Origin: Octopus vulgaris
Taxonomy: Eukaryota
Direction of reading: 5' to 3'
Assembly: GCA_951406725.2 (NCBI GenBank)
Contig: OX597814.1
Location: 46,438,001-46,502,000 of the forward strand
DNA: 64,000 nt
Under the pieces are notes generated by a model that worked only from the letters and a program-made list of their open reading frames with translations, did no database searches and was not told where the DNA came from. The position numbers and the translations under genes were made by a program. This document shows positions 53,719 through 64,000 of this stretch, in pieces (position 1 is the stretch's first letter; each line of letters opens with the position of its first letter).

Positions 53719-54688
53719 CTGTAAATCCTCGAGTATAATCCGCACTTTCCCCCAAAAATTTAAAGGTCAAAATCCCTAGTGCGTACTATATATGAGGTTA
53801 AAAATGAAAAATATTTTCTAGGCAATGTCCGAGTCTCTATTTACTGTCCTGCAATGTTTATTCAGATGCATTTTGTGATGTCAGGCACGAAAATACCTTA
53901 AGCTAAGCCTGAAAGCAATGAAGTCATAAAAGAATCATCCATAACTTGCAGTAAGCAACATTTATTAAAATAAAAGTATTCAGAACACAGAATAGCATGT
54001 AACAAAAACAATTTGCAAACATATTTACATTCCCATATAACAGTTAAGAACATCACCATTATTGTATTACACATGTGCGGAAGTGTTTGTTCGACTAGGT
54101 GTTGCTGGCTTAATTACACACGAATTGTACTTAATAGTTTAGCGCTAAATAGTTCATCCTGCTGTTTGTATTGGCAGTTTGCATCATTACCGTGGCAAAC
54201 AATAGATACTTAATTAAATACCAGTATTAAATGTTTGAACTACTGTGGGTCTTTATTAGGGTTTTTTATAAGTGGGACTTAAACCTGTACTTTAATCTCC
54301 AATAAAACATTTTATACATTACATGCCCATAAAATGCCTCATAGATTTTATTCAGCTATGTTTAAACTTGAAGTTATATCATATGCTGAAGAGCATGGTA
54401 ATAGGGCTGCCGGAAGAAAATTTGGTGTTGACAAAAGCAATGTCAGGTTATGGAGAAGAAATAAAGATGAAATTAAACAGATGCCAAAGATAATGAAGGC
54501 AAGAAGGCAATAAAAAAGGACATTACCGTATACATTTTTATAAACCAAGAATGTTATATAGACCTCCTTGACTCAAGTTAGAGAAGGGGTGCATATTATA
54601 CTCAAGGTTTAGGTTTTTCAGAGGTACAGCCCCCTAAAAATCCCCTGCGTATTATACTCAAGGGTGGACTATACTCGAGGATTTATGG
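53719..54688 (+). mobile_element. Non-autonomous pogo-superfamily DNA transposon (970 bp) inserted in a SINE
   Basis: TA|CTGTAAATCCTCGAGTATA...TATACTCGAGGATTTATGG|TA termini, with subterminal repeats TATTATACTCAAGG. SINE sequence resumes at 54691-54895 (-). Confidence 0.9.
54334..54513 (+). CDS. 59-aa ORF encoding only the pogo-type N-terminal HTH (Brinker-DBD-like) domain
   Basis: MPHRFYSAMFKLEVISYAEEHGNRAAGRKFGVDKSNVRLWRRNKDEIKQMPKIMKARRQ*. Resembles the Y...FKL.V...AE..GNRAA.R.F.V....VR.WR motif of pogo/POGK-type transposases. Expression unknown. Confidence 0.6.
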   Translation: MPHRFYSAMFKLEVISYAEEHGNRAAGRKFGVDKSNVRLWRRNKDEIKQMPKIMKARRQ

Positions 54689-54894
54689 TAATATCAAGAC
54701 AAGAAGACACAAACATGCACTCACACACATACAACTGGCTTCTTTCAGTTTCTATCCACCAAATCTACTCATAAGGCTTTGTTCAGCCCAGGACTATTGT
54801 GGAAGATTTTCTGTCCAAGTTGCCACACAGTGGAGCTCAATCTGAAACCATGTGGTTGGAAAGCAAATTTCTTGGTTATACATTTATGCCTGTA

Positions 54895-54935
<41 letters not shown>

Positions 54936-55257
54936 ATAATTATAATAGGGCACACAAGGTGCCAGAATTGCTGTAAAAATCCTCTCACAAACCACCAATC
55001 ACTGGGAAAACAACAGGCACAACAGAAATCAGGCAGTGAGCAAAGAAATTAACTTTCCTTCTTGGCTTTCTGGGAACACATGTTCACAAAAAACTTACCA
55101 TCTCAGCTGAAAGCCGAGATGGTGAGTTAATTTCTTTGCTCATCGCCTGATTCCTGTTGTACCTGTTGTATTCCCAGTGATTGGTGGTTTATTAGAGGAT
55201 CATTTGACTCTAATTTTTACAGCAATGCCAGCACTTTGTGTGCCTTATTATAATTAT
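54936..55257. repeat. Imperfect inverted repeat (~135-150-bp arms) adjoining (TA)n
   Basis: 54936-55070 versus 55109-55257 (ACCACCAATCACTGGGAA / TTCCCAGTGATTGGTGGT; GAGCAAAGAAATTAACT / AGTTAATTTCTTTGCTC). Confidence 0.88.
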
Positions 55258-55499
55258 GAATTAATTATAAAATTTTGGATTTACCAATTATCAGCTTTTG
55301 CTTGCTGGCCACTTATATTATTGTTATTATTATTTATTTTACTACTAATAATAATTCATAATGATATCTACATATGTATTTTTTTTAATATTTATTCATT
55401 TATATATATATAATGAGCTTTTAGTTTCCACCTACCAAATCTACTCACAATCCTTTGATTAGCCCAAGGATATTGTAGAAGATACACAAGGTGCTGTAT

Positions 55500-56030
55500 T
55501 GACCCAATTTGCTAACTTTCCAATGGCACAGAAGTGACGATGAATTGTTGAATGACCAAATCCAAGCTTCTCTGCTAGTTCCTCAACAGTTATGATGGGA
55601 TTTTGTTCCACGAGGGTTTGCAGGACATCCTCATCAAGCTCCACGGATCTTCCAGGATGAGGTTCATCTTCTAGGCTGTAACTTCCGGCTTGGAATTTCT
55701 GGAACCACCGTTGACACTGGCTCACACTTATTGTCCGATCCCCATATACTGTCTTGAGATTCCTCGCACTTTCCATTGCATTGTTACCTTTATTGAACTC
55801 ATAAGGCAAAATATGCTAAATATGCTCCTTTGTCATTATAGATTTACCATTATAGTTTTGAAAAAATAACTGTTAAAATCGAATTACACTCTTCAAAACT
55901 TACACTGACAGTAAGTCATGGTAAAATTACTACCTGCTTAGAGCCAGTCAATGCAGGTAGTTTATCCCTTCCCACTTCGACTTTTAGTTCATGCACTTGA
56001 AAAATATCATTATTTATGGGATGACCCAAT
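55500..56030 (-). mobile_element. Truncated mariner (5' TIR region + N-terminal HTH domains)
   Basis: YEFNKGNNA.ESARNL..VYG...S...CQRWFQKF..G..SLEDEP.PGR...LVEQNP..TVEELAE.LG...STIHRH; terminus ATTTATGGGATGACCCAAT. Confidence 0.88.
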
Positions 56031-56214
56031 TTATATATATAATAACTGTGTGCATATTATTTTTAATGTGTGTATAATGTGTGTACATATATAGAACACC
56101 ACTAGCTACTATTTGTCTCTAAGAACAATGTCTCTTTAGAGATTGTATGTTAAAAACACAACAAACTTCAAATGCTGGGGCATTGTAAAAAATATTCTCA
56201 TTTATATATTATAA

Positions 56215-56267
56215 ATATATATATATGTGTGCATATACATGTATATATGTATGTATGTATGTGTGTG

Positions 56268-56304
<37 letters not shown>

Positions 56305-56428
56305 TTATATGTGTGTGTGTGTGTTTATATGTGTGTATGTGTGTATATATATATATGTGTGTGTGTATATATATATATGTGTGTATATATAAATATATAT
56401 ATATATACACACATATATATATATACAC

Positions 56429-56471
<43 letters not shown>

Positions 56472-56490
56472 AACATACACACACACATAA
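56215..56490. repeat. Compound TA/TG/CA microsatellite
   Basis: Directly visible. Confidence 0.95.
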
Positions 56491-56692
56491 TGAATTTCAG
56501 AAAACATAATGAAATTATTTAACTATCTTAAAGTAGGCAAATATTTCCTTTAGAAATTGCAAAGAAGGACATAAGATTTGACACTGAGTGTAAATATATA
56601 CATAAAGATATACCAAATCAATACAATGTACTAACAACCTTTTACACATGTAAAGTTCACAGGAACACATCAAACATTATATATATATATAT

Positions 56693-56723
<31 letters not shown>

Positions 56724-56765
56724 CATACACATACATATATATATTATAGTACATACATATATATA

Positions 56766-59620
56766 TGATTGATTGATTGATTGATTGATTCCAGTTTCAG
56801 CTCATGAGCTGTGGCCATGCTGGGGCACCGCCATTTGGTGTTGCTACTTGGTTTCACTTCATGGAGGCTTTTTAGCAACTGCTATTTGGTGCATGAGAGA
56901 GTTCGATGCAGCTGCCCTCATCTGCCCCTCCTGCCGTGAAGTTGGTTCATCTGGGACACCTGACAGGAAGAGATCCAGCTCCATTTTAAAGACATCTGTA
57001 TCCACCCCATGCAGGTCTCTCAGGTTCATCGGGAGGATATTGAAGAGCTGTGGGCATCGGAAGCCCAGGCTATCACAGAATCTTGTCCTACATCTTGATG
57101 GCAAGTTTGGAGTCCTAGGCACCACGCAGTGGCGCCCAGTTCTGGCGTTTGCGTAACTCTCGATGCCAAAGTTCAGGACACTTCCCTCCAGGATCTTCCA
57201 GATGTATATTATGGCATATCTTTCCCACCTACGCTCCAGGGAATATAATTTTAATCTCTTGAGTCTTTCCCAGTAGCTTACATTCTGCATAGAGGCTATC
57301 TTCTTCGTGTAGCTTCGTTGGATCGCCTCAAGTTCTGTGATCAACTTGACACTGGATGGTGACCATAGCTGAGAGCAATAGTCAAAGTGACTTAGGACAA
57401 GTGTCTTCCAGAGGACCATCATGGTTTCTTGTTCTCTTGTTCTAAAGGTTCTAAGAATCCATCCAGCCAGGCGTCTGCATTTCACTGTCAGTTTAGCAAC
57501 ATGTACATGAAAGGTCGCGTCATCACTCATGTGAATACCCAGGTCACGCACTGATTGTGCCTCTGGGATTGCAATCCCTCCGGGTCCAGTGTATTTCTTG
57601 GGTATTGCATTCAGTTTTGCATGCTGATAGTATAAAGCTTGAAACTTTTCAGCATTGAACTGCATGCTATTCTTTTCAGCCCACTTGTAAATTTCGTCCA
57701 GCTCATATTGCAGGTGCCTAGTGTCTTCAGGGTTCTGTATTGCCTGTGAAACTTTTGTATCATCTGCATAACTTGTGATCGTGGCTCTCCGCGTGGCTGA
57801 GGGCATGTCTGAGAGGGCCATTATGAACAGTAGTGGTCCCAAAACAGTGCCCTGTGGAACACCGCTCACTATTTGCGTGCTAATGGAAGTGGCCCCATTG
57901 GCTACTACCACCTGACTTCTATTCTTCAGAAAGTCGTGAAGCCATTCTCCTAGTTTTCCAACTATGCCAAGATCACGCAGTTTGTGACATATCATTCCAT
58001 GATCGACTTTATCGAAGGCCTTTGCGAAGTCGAGATATATGACTTCCACATTTGAGTGGTTGAGCAGTTGTTTCAGCACCCAGTCATAGTGCTGCAGGAG
58101 CTGAGTTAAGCAGCTTCTTCCTGGTCGGAAACCATGTTGGGTGTCAGGCAGCAAGTCATTTTCTTCAAGGAAGGTGATTAGTTTCCTTCTGACTATTCGT
58201 TCCATGACCTTGCTGATGTGTGAGGTCAGAGAGATAGGTCTGTAGTTCTTGGCCTCCGCTCTGCTACCTCCTTTATGAATAGGGCATATTTTACCTTCCT
58301 TCAGTTTTCTTGGAAGTTTGCCAGCTGCAAGGAAGCTCTGAAAGAGGAACTGCAGTGGTCTTGCTAAGACTCTCTTACATACTTTTAGGAGGATTGCCGG
58401 GAATCCATCGGGGCCAATAGCTGAGTCTATTTTCATTTCATCTATAGCCTTTATTACATCATCTTCCTTTATATCGATGTAATTTAACGTCGCCGCCTCT
58501 GATTCTATATCTGCAGTGGTAAAAAAGTCAGTTGGATTGCTGATTTGGAAATGCCCAAGGGGTGGAGTGAAAACACTCTTGAATTGTTCATTCAGTATTT
58601 CACTTACCCTCATTGGTTTTCCTGTGAGTGTGCCATCCTTTTCAAGGAGTGGCCCTATCCTACAGTGCACCGTAGCTGTTTCTTTGGCATACCTGTAGAA
58701 AGCTCTGGGGTTAGTTTTTATGTTGTCTATAGCCCAGGCTTCTTTGTCTGCTCTTTCCTTCTCATGGGAGAGTTGCAGACAATTTTCAATTTCCAACAGT
58801 TTTATTTTCAGGCGGGACTTTTCACTGCTTTCAATTTGTTTGTTTAGGCGATTTGAGATTTTTGTGCGCCGTCTCATTAAAATTTTTCTCTCTCTGGGGA
58901 TTTTGTTCTTGTGTACAGTGGCCTTTCTCTCTGGGACACATTTGTAGCATATGGCTTGCATTACAGACATGAATTGTTGAAGTATCATGTCGATGTCCGG
59001 CGAGGAGAGACATTCAGGCCAGTTTTGTTTGAGGATCTCTTTCTCAATTTGTTTCCAGTTTGCCTTATTGAAGTTCAAGCTGGAAAGACTTTGAGGGTTT
59101 CTTGTAGGCTGCATGTCCGTGCTCTCTTTTGGCCCGTACATGGTCAGCTCTACCATGTTGTGATCCGAGAGTAGTGTCGGTGTCACTTTCACATTATGGA
59201 TGAGATCCATATTATTTGTGAAGCAGAGATCCAGTGTGTTACCCGCTCTGGTTGGTTGGAGTATTACTTGCTCCATGTACAGGGTGTTGGTGAGGTTCAG
59301 GAGGGACCTCGCCTGTCCTCGTTCACATCTTGTCATTCCTGGGAGAGAAAGGCCCTCGGGCCATCTGACGTTCGGTAGATTGAAGTCTCCCATGAGAAGT
59401 ACACTTATGTGTTGTTCTAATGTGGTTAGAACTTCTTCTATTTTTAAAAGGCAGTCCTCAAACTTGCCCATATGACTTGGGGCATCTGGAGGGCGATATG
59501 TAGCACACACAACTACATCAAGTTGCCTTATGTGTACAATTAGTGTGTCACACACCGAGTTTGAGTATGACAAAAGGACCTGGGGTGTGAGGTCCCCACG
59601 GATGTACATAGCAACTCCTC
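56766..59620 (-). mobile_element. Young 5'-truncated CR1-group (CR1/L2/Jockey superclade) LINE
   Basis: (ATCA)n tail at 56766-56789, short 3' UTR and long ORF. The 5' end breaks in GGVAMYIR directly at a TA tract, and TA microsatellite lies on both sides. Confidence 0.93.
56859..59609 (-). CDS. LINE ORF2: partial AP endonuclease + reverse transcriptase (916 aa, N-terminally truncated)
   Basis: YRPP, MGDFN, TLDLCF, SDH (APE); [54 protein letters not shown] (RT). No internal stops. The Met is probably internal. Confidence 0.93.
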   Translation of the reverse strand: MYIRGDLTPQVLLSYSNSVCDTLIVHIRQLDVVVCATYRPPDAPSHMGKFEDCLLKIEEVLTTLEQHISVLLMGDFNLPNVRWPEGLSLPGMTRCERGQARSLLNLTNTLYMEQVILQPTRAGNTLDLCFTNNMDLIHNVKVTPTLLSDHNMVELTMYGPKESTDMQPTRNPQSLSSLNFNKANWKQIEKEILKQNWPECLSSPDIDMILQQFMSVMQAICYKCVPERKATVHKNKIPRERKILMRRRTKISNRLNKQIESSEKSRLKIKLLEIENCLQLSHEKERADKEAWAIDNIKTNPRAFYRYAKETATVHCRIGPLLEKDGTLTGKPMRVSEILNEQFKSVFTPPLGHFQISNPTDFFTTADIESEAATLNYIDIKEDDVIKAIDEMKIDSAIGPDGFPAILLKVCKRVLARPLQFLFQSFLAAGKLPRKLKEGKICPIHKGGSRAEAKNYRPISLTSHISKVMERIVRRKLITFLEENDLLPDTQHGFRPGRSCLTQLLQHYDWVLKQLLNHSNVEVIYLDFAKAFDKVDHGMICHKLRDLGIVGKLGEWLHDFLKNRSQVVVANGATSISTQIVSGVPQGTVLGPLLFIMALSDMPSATRRATITSYADDTKVSQAIQNPEDTRHLQYELDEIYKWAEKNSMQFNAEKFQALYYQHAKLNAIPKKYTGPGGIAIPEAQSVRDLGIHMSDDATFHVHVAKLTVKCRRLAGWILRTFRTREQETMMVLWKTLVLSHFDYCSQLWSPSSVKLITELEAIQRSYTKKIASMQNVSYWERLKRLKLYSLERRWERYAIIYIWKILEGSVLNFGIESYANARTGRHCVVPRTPNLPSRCRTRFCDSLGFRCPQLFNILPMNLRDLHGVDTDVFKMELDLFLSGVPDEPTSRQEGQMRAAASNSLMHQIAVAKKPP

Positions 59621-63754
<4,134 letters not shown>

Positions 63755-64000
63755 TCTCTCACCCTTATTAATTAATTATAATTATGCTGCATTTATTTCT
63801 AAATGCTGTATTTGTTTTCCGTGAGAGTTTGGCGCGCTGTTGGTTGGGGCATTTGAATTATAACGTCGGATGTATCACTGAACCACACGCGTATTTATCG
63901 TTATGGTAAAATCTGGCGTGTGATTGAGTGGATTCATCCAGATAGTCTTGGCTGACGAGCTACAAATGGATTATTGTAAGTAATATTACATTTAATCTCA
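63755..64000 (+). repeat. Inverted (fold-back) copy of the array unit running off the window
   Basis: TCTCTCACCCTTATTAA... is the reverse complement of the preceding unit. It includes the 5' half of the hammerhead (CTGACGA 63952-63958) and several small indels. Confidence 0.88.

Overview
AT-rich animal DNA, most likely an octopus (Octopus-type tRNA SINEs, RTE tails and long TA/CA microsatellites; the organism is inferred). It is almost all intronic or intergenic repeat. Most ORF-track entries (YIYI/CVCV/HTHT peptides) are microsatellite or SINE read-through. Supportable protein-coding remnants are all transposon-derived: a decayed Penelope-like element (RT + GIY-YIG), three mariners, a pogo-type element, RTE, CR1-group and HERO-like LINE fragments, and a young 5'-truncated CR1-group LINE with an uninterrupted 916-aa ORF. 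One credible + strand host exon lies at 51603-51675. The main hidden signal is self-cleaving RNA. The last 3.9 kb is a near-identical ~533-bp tandem array with one type I hammerhead ribozyme per unit on the - strand (retrozyme or Penelope pLTR-like), ending in a fold-back inversion. At least three other unrelated hammerhead-bearing elements are dispersed in the window, one with a compensatory G3-C8 core swap. Several fold-back palindromes sit next to TA microsatellites. Boundaries of decayed repeats are approximate and were read by eye.
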